Positions 11,901 to 24,900 of a stretch of 64,000 nucleotides of DNA are shown here, piece after piece; the first letter of the stretch is position 1; every line of letters starts with the position of its first letter. Where the stretch lies: NCBI GenBank assembly GCA_964658305.1, contig OZ210885.1, positions 5,270,001 through 5,334,000 on the forward strand. The letters run 5' to 3'. The notes below the pieces were generated by a model. The model saw only the letters and a program-made list of their open reading frames with translations, made no database searches and had not been told where the DNA came from. The DNA is from Leptogorgia sarmentosa. Lineage: Eukaryota. A program made the translations under genes and the position numbers.

Positions 11901-14900
11901 TATCACCACATCAGAGAATTGGTCACCACCAATGATGTACTGATGAGGGAGACCACCTTACAGTTGTATGAACTAAATCAAACTACTTTATTGAAATGGT
12001 ACGATCTCAATTTACTATTGCTTAAATATCATCCAAGAACAATTATAATTCTTAGAATGTCTATCCTTACAATCCAGGTGGAATGATCACCAGAAAACTC
12101 TGGAGAGAAAGATACTAACACGGGGAATCCCCCCAAAACCGCTCCCAAACCCCTTCCACCTGCTCAACTTCTCCTCCCCAAACCGATTGAAACACCACTG
12201 CCCCCACACACATTTCCCATTCCAACACCGCAACCACTTCCCCAACCACTTATACCCAACCACTTATACCCAAGCACCTCCCCAACAGTTACAGTATAAT
12301 AGTCCTGTAAATATCCCCACGCCAAGAACCACGGCCTACAATAAAAAAAGAAAAGAAGATCAAGGCTCGACAAGTACAACAAGGTCGTACAAACGAACAA
12401 AAACCTTTAACATTTGCGGCAAATGCCAGTTGCCGAAAACAAAAGACTTCGGTCATAGCCGGCACATTGGCCAGAATGGCCTGGACACCTTCTGCCCAGA
12501 GGTCGAAGGAAAGGAATACGTCAATAAAGAAGCGTGGTTGGCCGCAAAAAAATTAGCCAACCCACCAAAAACCGAGTTAGCAATGGCGAGTTGAAGCTAA
12601 ATTACAGCGATAAATTTAGAAAGTAGTGCAATGCCATTAAGACAAAGCCCTGGAGTTATTGCTGCACAAATGAAAAGGAGATTTACTTATGCCACTGTTC
12701 AGCCAAGTTCAAGTCTTGTAGATCAACTACTGTTACTTCGTGCAAGGCCGAAGATGTTGTAAAACGTGCTGCGTTGGCATCTGTTCGGTGTTTAGGGGGC
12801 AACATCCACGACGAGATGAGCGTACTTGGACAGTATGAGCTACAGTTTGGTTTGTTTAGGGGCAAAACATTCAAGTGGCTCGTCGAAAACGGCCTTGGGT
12901 ATGCAGGTTGGATTGTGGACGACATGCGAAGCGAGAGTGCTACCACTGCTCCTTTGTCGAGAAATAAACATGCGTTCAAGCCCTACATGAACAGTTTCCC
13001 TGAAGGACAGAGTGTTGTTAATTTAAAGAAAGAAGAGAGGTCAACATCACGACCATCAACACCACGACCACCAACACCACGACCACCAACACCACGACCA
13101 TCACAACCACCAACACCACGACCATCACAACCACCAACACCACGATCACCACAACCACCAACACCACGACCATCACAACCACCAACACCATGATCACCAC
13201 AACCACCAACACCACGATCACCACAACCACCAACACCACGACCACCAACACCACGACCACCAACACCACAACCACCAGAGGGTTTGCAGAGATCAAAAGT
13301 CTCATATCCACCCCGGTATAGAGCAAGCCACACAGGTCGGTACAAACAATGCAAACCGTCCTCACCTTACACACAGACAGTGACACCTGGACTTGTGAGT
13401 CTAAGAAGGTAAAATATGCAACACATACAAAAGTAACCAACCTACTTGTTCAAATCTAATTTCCATAACAATCCTTTAGAGCAATGGTTGGAGGAGACTC
13501 AGGACCAGCAACAGCTGTCAATGCCAGTCCAGTTGTGGAGCAACTTGTTTCACAGCTGGAAAAACACTATGTCTCATCTACCAAAGTCAATGGGAGATCA
13601 GTGTCAAGGTGGAGAAGAATACTGACCAGCTACCATAACATCAGGGAGCTGGTCACAATGAATGATCTGATCATGAAGCAAACGAACATACAATTGTATG
13701 AACTCAATCAGACAACACTCATGAAATGGTGAGTTCAACATAATACAATTCAAAGACTACAATCAGTTCAATGTTTCACCTACCTAAAATATACAATTAG
13801 GTAGCTGTTGAAACATTTGAAGTCTTTGGCTATTCGAAGAAGCTATCATGCTGCAACCACTTGACATCAGTGGCTAGAACCTAATTATCTTGGATCATAA
13901 TACAATTCAAATATTATATCACCATATCAAACAATTTATACGTATGTACTCACTCACTGCATTTAAGGTGGAATGATCGTCAAAGAAACATTGAATGCAG
14001 GATTCTAACTCAAGGTCTGCCTGAGCCACCACCACGAACTGCCCCAAAGCCCGACCTACCACCAGTCAAGCGACTCCTGCCAAAGCCACAACCAACAACA
14101 CCACCTCCTCACAAATTTGTGACCACCACCAGCCTGCCAACAAAGCCACCTACCCAACTCCAACCACCCACAACGCCAAGCACCTCATCCCAATACAACA
14201 GCCCATCGCCCATTCCCATCCCGAGAACTACCTTATATAATCAAAGGAAAAGGAAGGAGAGAGACGAGGCTCATAACAATGGCAAAAGAAAGTACGAAAG
14301 AAAGCAGTGCTTCAACGGTTGCAAGCACTGCAAACTTCCGAAAACAAAGGATTTGGGGCACAGCAGGCATGTTGGTGTACACAGTGTTGACACGTTTTGC
14401 CCTGCCGTGGAGGATGAGGTCAATCTTTTGTTGCAAGGCCTGTCCATTCCAGCACCACCTCTGGCTGCACAAGAACCACTGTTGGAATCTCTGCAATTGG
14501 AAAAACAAGTGCCACCACGACCACCACCACGACCACCACCACCACCACCACGACCACCACGACCACAACGACCACCACCACAACGACCACCACCACCACG
14601 ACCACCACCACGACCACCACCACCACGACCACCACCACCACGACCACCACCACGACCACCAACACCACCACCACCACCACGACCACCAACACCACAACGA
14701 CCACCAAGCCGCACATGAACGAAGCGCTGCATCTCCGAAAAAGTCGTCGCACCAACATCACGACCATCACCAACAATACCACCAACAACAACACCACAAC
14801 AACCATTACCACGACCACTAACACCAAAAAATTATTATTTTTTAATTATTAAAATTATTAAGTCTTTAAATTTATTTTACCCTTTAAAATCTAATAATGA

Positions 14901-17220
14901 TATATTTTACATATTCAAGTCCTTTATGTCTTTAATTTTGGAAAAAAACCCAACCATTTTGTTTTCTGATGGAAAAAAGAGTACTGGAACAGTCCTTGCC
15001 CAAGCCGCCACCCAATTGCAAAGTGCATTCAACAGTCCAGTCAAGAAGGACGGTAGGACCGTATCTAGGCTAATTCTTGATGCATATCACCACATCAGAG
15101 AATTGGTCACCACAAATGATGTACTGATGAGGGAGACCACCTTACAGTTGTATGAACTAAATCAAACAACTTTATTGAAATGGTACGATCTCAATTTACT
15201 ATTGCTTAAATATCATCCAAGAACAATTATAATTCTTAGACTGCCTATCTTTACAATCCAGGTGGAATGATCACCAGAAAACTCTGGAGAGAAAGATCTT
15301 AACACAGGGAATCCCCCCACCTCCCCCCCCCAAACCGCTCCCAAACCACTACCACTTCCAAGGTGGAATGATCGTCAAAGAAACATTGAATGCAGGATTC
15401 TAACTCAAGGTCTGCCTGAGCCACCACCACGAACTGCCCCAAAGCCCGACCTACCACCAGCCAAGCGACTCCTGCCAAAGCCACAACCAACAACACCACC
15501 TCCTCACAAATTTGTGACAACCACCAGCCTGCCAACCAAGCCACCTACCCAACTCCAACCACCCACAACGCCAAGCACCTCATCCCAATACAACAGCCCA
15601 TCGCCCATTCCCATCCCGAGAACTACCCTTTTTAATCAAAGGAAAAGGAAGGAGAGAGACGAGGCTCATAACAATGGCAAAAGAAAGTATGAAAGAAAGC
15701 AGTGCTTCAACGGTTGCAAGCACTGCAAACTTCCGAAAACAAAGGATTTGGGGCACAGCAGGCATGTTGGTGTACACAGTGTTGACACGTTTTGCCCTGC
15801 CGTGGAGGATGAGGTCAATCTTTTGTTACAAGGCCTGTCCATTCCAGCACCACCTCTGGCTGCACAAGAACCACTGTTGCAATCTCTGCAATTGGAAAAA
15901 CAAGTGCCAACACCACCACGACCACCACCACGACCACCACGACCACCACCACGACCACCACCACGACCACCACGACCACCACGACCACCACGATCACCAC
16001 CACCACGACCACCACCACGACCACCACCACCACGACCACCACCACGACCACTACCACGACCACCACCACCACCACCACGACCACCAACACCACAACGACC
16101 ACCAAGCCGCACATGAACGAAGCGCTGCATCTCCGAAAAAGTCGTCGCACCAACATCACGACCATCACCAACAATACCACCACCAACAACACCACAACAA
16201 CCATTACCACGACCACTAACACCAAAAAATTATTATTTTTTAATTATTAAAATTATTAAGTCTTTAAATTTATTTTACCCTTTAAAATCTAATAATGATA
16301 TATTTTACATATTCAAGTCCTTTATGTCTTTAATTTTGGAAAAAAACCCAACCATTTTGTTTTTTGATGGAAAAAAGAGTACTGGAACAGTCCTTGCCCA
16401 AGCCGCCACCCAATTGCAAAGTGCATTCAACAGTCCAGTCAAGAAGGACGGTAGGACCGTATCTAGGCTAATTCTTGATGCATATCACCACATCAGAGAA
16501 TTGGTCACCACAAATGATGTACTGATGAGGGAGACCACCTTACAGTTGTATGAACTAAATCAAACAACTTTATTGAAATGGTACGATCTCAATTTACTAT
16601 TGCTTAAATATCATCCAAGAACAATTATAATTCTTAGAATGTCTATCTTTACAATCCAGGTGGAATGATCACCAGAAAACTCTGGAGAGAAAGATCTTAA
16701 CACAGGGAATCCCCCCACCTCCCCCCCCCCCAAACCGCTCCCAAACCACTTCCACCTGCTCGACCTCTCCTCCCCAAACCGATTGAAACACCACCGCCCC
16801 CACACACATTTCCCATTCCAACACCGCAACCACTTCCCTAAGCACCTCCCCAAGAACCAACGTACAATAGCCCTATTAATATCCCCATGCCGAGAACCAC
16901 GGCCTACAATCAAAAAAGAAAATATCAAGGCTCAGCAAGTACAACAACAAGATCGTACAAACGAACAAAAGCCTTTAACATTTGCAGCAAATGCCAGTTG
17001 CCGAAAACAAAAGAAAAGTTTTCCCGAAGGAAAAAACCACCAACACCACAACGACCACCAACACCATAACCATGCACAGGACATGGAGCGGCTATTTGAA
17101 GCAAAGGAAAACCAGCTGGCAGTGGCACAACGGTGAAATCAAAAAAGAATTGGAAACCCACTGAAGGCTTGGAAAATTTGGGAGGAGCAACAAAAACATC
17201 TCCCCTGTCTCGAAGATCCA
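9000..17220 (+). pseudogene. Scrambled plus-strand fragments of DUF6729-type putative DDE transposase paralogues, with (ACC)-rich tracts
   Basis: Motifs QFG.FRGKTFKWL.EN; VLDIKDYYYLAAEYHFC..C...FPVVLTHKYACD...LLRSRTLGNS; KIDSTKKITKKL; FQAYLVEGLARWN; LYELNQTTLLKW; C-terminal Cx2C..H..CP. They are out of order, with introns retained. The family name is from memory and needs an HMM check. Confidence 0.7.
13965..16750 (+). repeat. Tandem duplication of a ~1.4-kb chimeric unit (13965-15360, 15361-16750); partial related copy at ~11225-12190
   Basis: Near-identical ORFs 14119/15514 and 14926/16324; both units begin AGGTGGAATGATCGTCAAAG. Confidence 0.9.
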
Positions 17221-20200
17221 AAAGAAACTAAAGTATATATGTACCTGCACTGGGCATGTCCGAAAAGGGGCTTACTTTACGTTTCTTCCTATTTCGAAGC
17301 GGCGTGTAATCAGTTTGGTTATGCAAAACACCAATACAAAGTTGGTAGAGATTAAAAAAAAACAACATATATATACCCTGTTCTTGGACTGAATTAATTT
17401 TGATATAGTCTAACCAAAATTGAATTAATCCCTATCCAAGTGCAGCATGCTAAGATCGACCAAAATGAGTATTTTATGAATTATTCAATTTCATGAATTA
17501 TTCATGAAGTTGAAACTTTGCTGTGGCGCCCACATAACTATATTTCGGACTGTAATATAGAAATGTAATATAGTAAAACTAAGTGAGTTGCATACAATGC
17601 GACCTTCGATCTGTAGCATCTTACCAGTAATGCAACACCCAATTCAAATTATACTTGAATAAACAAAATAGTAAATACCAAGGTTTATGACCCGAAAAAA
17701 CATAAGCAAACAAAATAATCTACTAACAAACTCAAGCCACCGGAATTTACGTGACACTTCGATTCAATAGCGCAATTTATAGAACTTCTTCGCAAGTTAT
17801 TTTAAATCGCGCGCAGGCCTTGTGCAAATACAAATGTCCATCAAGAAGACAGGTTTCATTGCACATGCAGACTTCATAATCTTTTCACAGGATCGCGGTC
17901 GAAAAAATCAAGGGGAAAATAGCACATTATGGGCAACAGTTTTGAAGATTGTAAATAAATTAATGGCAATTTTTACGGAATTTTATAGCAATGGCACTGT
18001 TGAAAATATCCCGTAACAATGATTGAAATAATTTGCAAAAATGGGTGAAATTATTTTGCTTGGAATACGCAGGAAATAATGTTAAATACTTGCACTTCCC
18101 TTTTTTACAAAAAAACTAGAAACAGTGTACTGTGACCATAAAAAGCAGCAGCTAAGATTTTTTAAGGAGACCTAATGATTTAGTGACCAGAAAGCACATA
18201 CCTTTTACTGAGTGTCCTATCCCATCTTCCATCTTCGGCAATTAACTTTGCTAAAATCCTGTTGTTTCCAAGCTTTGTAAATCTATGCCAGTGTGTGTTC
18301 AGTCACCGATCTTGCACAGGACCGTACAGTAATTATTTTCTCTCTTCAATCAAGATAGAACATCATAATGTCAAGTCTTCTCCAGTATCAGATGTTGAAT
18401 TTTTCGTTGAATTTAACAGCTATGCACATTAGTGGACATGGATAAGCAGGATAACTAGGGAATAGCATGACCATGTTGACAGCTAAGTCACAGACATAGA
18501 CAAGTTGACGCAGCTTTGAAATTGTTCCAGTTCAACTACTAGATGTCTACACAAAGTAAATAAATTCAATGAATTCATGGACACATAAATTCACTAGGAA
18601 GTAAGAGATGACGTTCCAAGATTCTGACTTTTGAATGGCTCATGGCTTGGCTAATATCAAATTCAGCAAAAAAAACTTTAAAATATTTCTACTTCAAGTT
18701 ATTAGAAACAAACAAAAGTCGTTTTGAAGCTTGATTATTATGTACACTAAATTGTCAGTGTTTAAATCATTTCCACTCATTTTGAAGTGGAGATAATCCC
18801 TTGTATCGTTTCAAATTAGGTTTTAGTGGAATTCAATGGATCAATGATGGTCAACACAACAATATGTATACAGTAGCTACATTGATATCAATTAAATTCA
18901 AGGTCAATTACCTGCTATCATTCAAGCACTTCTTACATCTTTGTTCACATACAGCCATGTAATACCATAGGATCAATCATAAGACAGCATAAAAGTACTA
19001 TCATATTGCCAGTATGTTGTAAAAATGATGTGGAATTATATAATTCCTTTTTGGCCGGACAGATGTGAAGATTTGCATTCCCACAGGTGTACAAAATAAT
19101 AGCACTGTGATATTTGGATTGTTTGCACAGAAATGCGTCCTTCCAATAGTTCTCCAAAGTCCTTCCAACAGTTTCTGAACTTGAAGCCATTGTTACATAG
19201 TTAGTCTACACAAAGCTGTAAATGCTTGCTTCCAACTGTTGTAAAACTAGCACCGTATTATTTAGGTTGTACTCACAATCTTCCTTTAATCTGTCCAATA
19301 ATCCTCCAACAAAGTCTTTACAACAGTTTCAAAACTTTAAGCCATCAGTTTTTCATTGGATAGTTCGACTACCCAAAGCTGTAAATGCTTGCATTCCAAC
19401 ATTTGTAGAAATAGCACCGTACTATTTGGACTGTCTTAAAAAACGGTGAGCTGTAAATGCCTTGTAACTGTTGTAGAAATAACACTGTGTCTTTTCACAA
19501 ACTGAATTCCTTTCTTTCTAATAGTCTCCCAAAGTCTTTCAAAACAAACTGGTTGAATGAGAGTTTCTATGAACAGCATCTACAAAATATATGATTCCTT
19601 GAGTTAATACAATTAAGGCTTGTTCTACAAAGTAGTGACTCAACATCTTTTCCCAGTATTGCCTGTTTGAAATATTTTTGGAAAAAATGGCTCCTTTCAA
19701 TTAGTTTCAAAGTTTTAAATCAAACTGATTATATGATATAGATTTGGAGAATCGATGAGCCAGTCTGTTGACCCTATTGGGGATCTAAATATGTTGATAA
19801 GATGTGGTTTATGGTGGATCTTCCACAACAGAGTTTAGATTTATCTTTTCCATTTTTCTCCATACTTGTCTGTTTGAGTCAAAATCCTTATTTTTCAGAA
19901 TTTTAGGACAAAACAAAATTAAGGTATTAGTTAGACAATACCTTCAACTGAAGTATGAATTTGAAGATGGGAGCCAGTTATTCTTCAACCTAACATAGGA
20001 CATAAACTGGAGTTGACTTTGAACTGGAGTGGTCCCATTAGAAAAAATAAAAACATTGAGTCCTTGAGCAGATTAAGTCCACAGGCTTCATCTGTGATTG
20101 TTTATGAGGCTGGTGAACAGTGACAGCTCTTCCTTGATGAATAAATTAGTGCAGCATTAGACAGAGCCAAATAATGAGATAAAATTAAATGAGCTTATAT

Positions 20201-20423
20201 GTACAGGTTCACATCTGTGCAATATATTCATATTTACAAATACACATATCAATGTATTCTGATATACGACTGAGTAATGTGTAATATAATAATCAAAGAG
20301 ATATTATGGCTTTTCAAAATTCTCTATTCTGTTTGGTTGACAAGCAGTCTGTAAAAACCTATATCTGGACTGTGATCAGTATTTTCTGTGTCTGGACATT
20401 AATATATTTAATAATTTATAACT

Positions 20424-20790
20424 CGTTCTCTGACTAAAATAGCAAAACATGCATGGGATATGGACCATATAATTGACTTTGATAATGGGAAAGTAATAGA
20501 TAGTGGCAATTATCGGACTCGTAAGACACTAGAATCTTGGCATACGGCTATGATTACTAACGCTGACAATAATTCAAAGCCGCTTCCAAAACAATATGCT
20601 ATACTAGTTAATAAAAAATGTCATCGCTAGACGCTTCAATTACCACATATAGGCTATCACTTCCTGTTATATATATAACCTAACTCATGCACACTTGTAA
20701 TTTAATAATTAATTCCACTTTACCTGTCGAAGACTACAGTTAGGTAGTCGAAATATCATTTTAAAATAAATTTTAGTCAGAGAACGTTTA
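20424..20790 (+). mobile_element. Penelope-like element 3' remnant (GIY-YIG region C-terminus plus pseudo-LTR with hammerhead-like motif)
   Basis: Translation IAKHAWDMDHIIDFDNGKVIDSGNYRTRKTLESWHT...NNSKPLPKQY. CGTTCTCTGACTAAAAT at 20424 is the inverse of 20770-20786. Confidence 0.7.
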
Positions 20791-21949
20791 TATTTTTTAA
20801 TTATGTCTAAACCTGGCTACGCTATCTCCATATTAATAATTTATACTTCATTTCAGGTTTATGTGTATTTGACAAAACACTGACTGAATCAAGAGATTGT
20901 TTGTCATATATTTCCCCAAAATTATTCTATAAAACAGTTTTAAGACTTTAGATCAAACTTTATTTTGTACATGCAAAGTTAATTTGCAAGAAATAACATC
21001 ATGAACAGAGGAAAGTATATCAGAAAGCTTCAGCTAATTCTCAATATTCTTTACTTTAAATGAACTGAATAGTGAAAAGTTGACAAAATCCTTTTTAGTC
21101 TGTAGCATTTCGTGTGACAATATCAGAACTTCTAGTTTCATATATTTGCCATTTAAGACCTTGAATATTTTGGTAATTCCTATCATTTTTTATCCAAAAG
21201 ACATCTTTTAGCCTAACCACGTGTAACCTCGAGTCTTCAACACGGGTTTATTCGGCAGTTTGGAATGCGATGTAAAGTAACTTAGAACCACGATATAAAG
21301 GTAAGACAATCTAACAAGGGTCTCAATACGTTGATCAAATGATGCGCATCGTAGAAATACAAAATATTCACATACTAACCTTTTAATAAATGTTGTGAAC
21401 ACCGATTGTCAAGGATTCTCAAGCGAAGAATGTTTTGCTGCACGTGTTTGTTTGTTATGACATCTCACGGCTGACTGCTTCGTGGCTCGTACCCAGTCTC
21501 CGATTGATTGACACCACTGGCGTCCCCGACGTCGTCGACCAGGGCTTCCACTTGCAAGGAAATTTCCCTGCAAAAGGAATTTTTGGCGTTTGCAAGGAAA
21601 TGTGCAAGGAATGAAATCTACAAGGAAATGGTGAGGAAATTCTATTTCAAACAAGGAATTAATTTCAGTATGGTTTCATAAATAAAGTTTTTCATGCGTT
21701 AATACTTGGTTTATTATTCTTCAAATAAAACAATTATTGAATTCGGTATATAATAAAACAATTATTGAATTCGGTTTTTGTGATATGCAAAATTATCAAG
21801 GTCTCGGTAAGCGTTATAACGCTTACCTCGACCTTGATAATTCCACATATCACAAAAACCTCATCCAATAATTGTTAAATATATGCTGGAATCAAGTTGT
21901 TTCTTATATGGTAAAAATATAAACTATAACTTACATTTTCCGCATGTAG

Positions 21950-24900
21950 TTGTGGTCCGAAATAGCCCTTGCTTTTGCTTTCGCATCCATTCCTCGCTGT
22001 GGAGTTCACAGATGTTGTTCTGCAGAGCGCTGGGACTATTGCCAAGGGTGCGAGATCTCAAAAGAGAAATCACTGACACGTCGCAAGCATACTCGTAGGT
22101 CAGTACCACCGGAAACTTGTTCCTCACTCCATCGGGCAAGAGGTCGAGGACCCTCTTATCCCATGCGATAAATGTACCATTGCAATCCTTGCAAAAGTGG
22201 TACTCTGCAGCCAAGCAATAGTAGTCCTTGATGTCCAGGACTGGCCTCACCAAGTGTACAGGCCTTTGGAGTGCACAGTCCTTGCAGGCACATTACACGT
22301 AGGACATTGGAGGACGATGTCCCACATACGCTTGGCCATCCTCAAGAATATCCGGCGACGAAAGTATGCGTCTGGGTATGGTTTGGCTGTTGAGTTAGGG
22401 GAGAATGGTGGTGATGGTGGTCCATATCGAGCCTGGTGGTGGGGCATTCCCTCTACCAAATTGAAATTTGCCTTGTGCGAACAACTTAATTCTTGTCTCC
22501 AACTCTTTCCTTTGTAAACCTTCCTTCGGCATTCTACAAGGACACATAGTGAATTAGTTAGAATATAGAATTAACTACGTTTCTTTCACAGTAGTGGACA
22601 ATTTAAACGATACGATAATTTTTCTATTTCTTCAGGGAGATTAAACGCAAAATATGCGTGAATTTGAATACGAATTTGTATACGAATTAATAATAAACAA
22701 TTATTGGATGAGGCTGAGCATGATATCAAGAATTATTCAGACCGAGGTCAATGTTATCTGCCGAAGCAAAGCTGAGGCGGATAACATTGACCGAGGTCTG
22801 AATAATTCTTGATATCATGCGAAAGCCGAATCCAATAATTGTTTTATTATACATTTAAAAGAGAGTTCACTTTCATTCAGCGAAGCAAATCTGCTGCAGG
22901 CCATTGTTTGTTTGTTTGTTTTCTCGCTTATATGGATACTGATACATGGATATACTTACATGGATAATGATATAGAACACGTCGAGTTTTCACAGAAAAA
23001 GTAACAGAAATTCAAGAAAAATTAAAAAGCTCGTCAGTCTCTATTCTTGAACCTGAATTTTGGCTTCGGTGCTTCGCCAGCTTTCTACGCAACAAAAGAC
23101 GAGAAAAATTATCAATAAAATATTATTGTTCAACAGTTATAAGTAGTACTAGAAATACATGCATGCAGCAACCCCTCGCTCGTCTTACTAACGTACCAAG
23201 ACCACATTAATCTCAATGCACCTAATATTCTAACAACATCAAGTACTTAGACATTGTCGTCATAACAACAACACGGCAATTCATATTTTTCCACTGAGTT
23301 TTCCGTATATTTTTTTATAAATGAAAAAATAATGTAAAAAATATCGTTTTTTAACCTGGTTTTTATAGAATGTTTTTTAATTCGCAGAATATATGTCGCA
23401 CTAATGTCATTAAACCTAAATTTGATGTAAAATATTCGCATAAGACGTTTTCAAATGTTTTAACTTTAGGACATTATATTTTTGTTTCATACAAATTTCG
23501 TCTTTGAAATAAAACTATTTTAAGCCAATATTCGCTCGTATTCTTTCCATCTAAAATTCGTTAGTATCTTGAAATACTAAAAAGGCCGTCTTACATTTAC
23601 ACAACGTAAAATTTCTTAAATTAAACTGTAAACAGATTGAATGCGGCTAAGCCAGCCATTCATATAAATACGCGAGAATTTTATATGCAAACAAAACATA
23701 CGCTTGTCTTGTAATTCAATCAATTGTCGCTTCTCGTGGATTTAAAATCTCTTTCCAGCATTAATGTCTTCTCATGAGTCTTTTATAGTCTTGCAACAAT
23801 AGTCTTCGTTATTGATTTTCGCTTTTTAAAGCCTTAAATAGTGTTCGCTCTTCATGACAGTCCGCCATATTTTTGAGATCAGTGATGACCACCCACCCTA
23901 CCTTGACCCAAAATGGCGGCGAACTGACTTTCAACTCCGCTCATGCGGAATTATTACCCTCGCCCCGGGCTAACGCCCGGACGGCGCTTCGCGCCGTGGC
24001 TCGGGGAAAATGGGGCGCAATCTTCCCGCCGCATTTTCCCGCGCAATCGGCACAAAGAAATTGTGCCTTACATGAAGAACTTAATTAAATAAAGTTGTCG
24101 CTGACATGAAAACCGCTTTAGCGATGTAATCACTGAGCTATATAGTATCACCTTGAAACAAGTTGCTCCACAACTGGACTGGCATCGACAGCTGTTGCCG
24201 GTTCTGAGTCTCCTCCAACCATTGCTCTAAAGGATTGTTATAGAAATTAGATTTGAACAAGTAGGTTGGTTACTTTTGTATGTGTTGCATATTTTACCTT
24301 CTTAGACTCACAAGTCCAGGTGTCACTGTCTGGGTGTATGGTGAGGATGGTTTACATTGCTTGAATCGACCTGTGTGACTTGCTCTATACCGGGGTGGGT
24401 ATGAAATTTTGGACCTTCTCAAACCCTCTGGCAATTTAGCCCACAAGCTGATGATGCTGTTGGCTTCTCCTCCAGTCAAAATAGACTTGTCTTTAAGGTC
24501 AAACAACGAGGAAGCCAAGTTCTTGATTGCTGCCCAACCTTGAATACCACCTGGGCCAACAGCATCATCCTAAAATTAACATTTAAATAGTCCTTTATTA
24601 AACCATTTCCTGGCAGTGCTCTACTACTGTCACTACTGATGAGTAAAATTGTATGGCGTTAGACAGAGTAAATACTAAAGTAGGGTACATTTGGGCACAT
24701 TGCTAGTTAATGGGTTAATTGATCAGAACAATTTTAATTTCCTGGTGTCATTTTACTTACAGCTTCATCAGATTCTTCATGATCCAGTGGCTCATCCATC
24801 AATGTTGGGTCGGTGAGTCTTCATCGGGGATAGTGTTTGTCACTGGATGCCCAGATGGTGTTTCTGGAAGTGTCAACAAAGGACTGTGAACATAACTTGA

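Noticed and set aside
10877..16225. Poly-His, poly-Val, poly-Trp and Gly/Arg-rich ORFs
   Set aside because: These are alternative frames of ACC-type triplet microsatellites, which lack stops.
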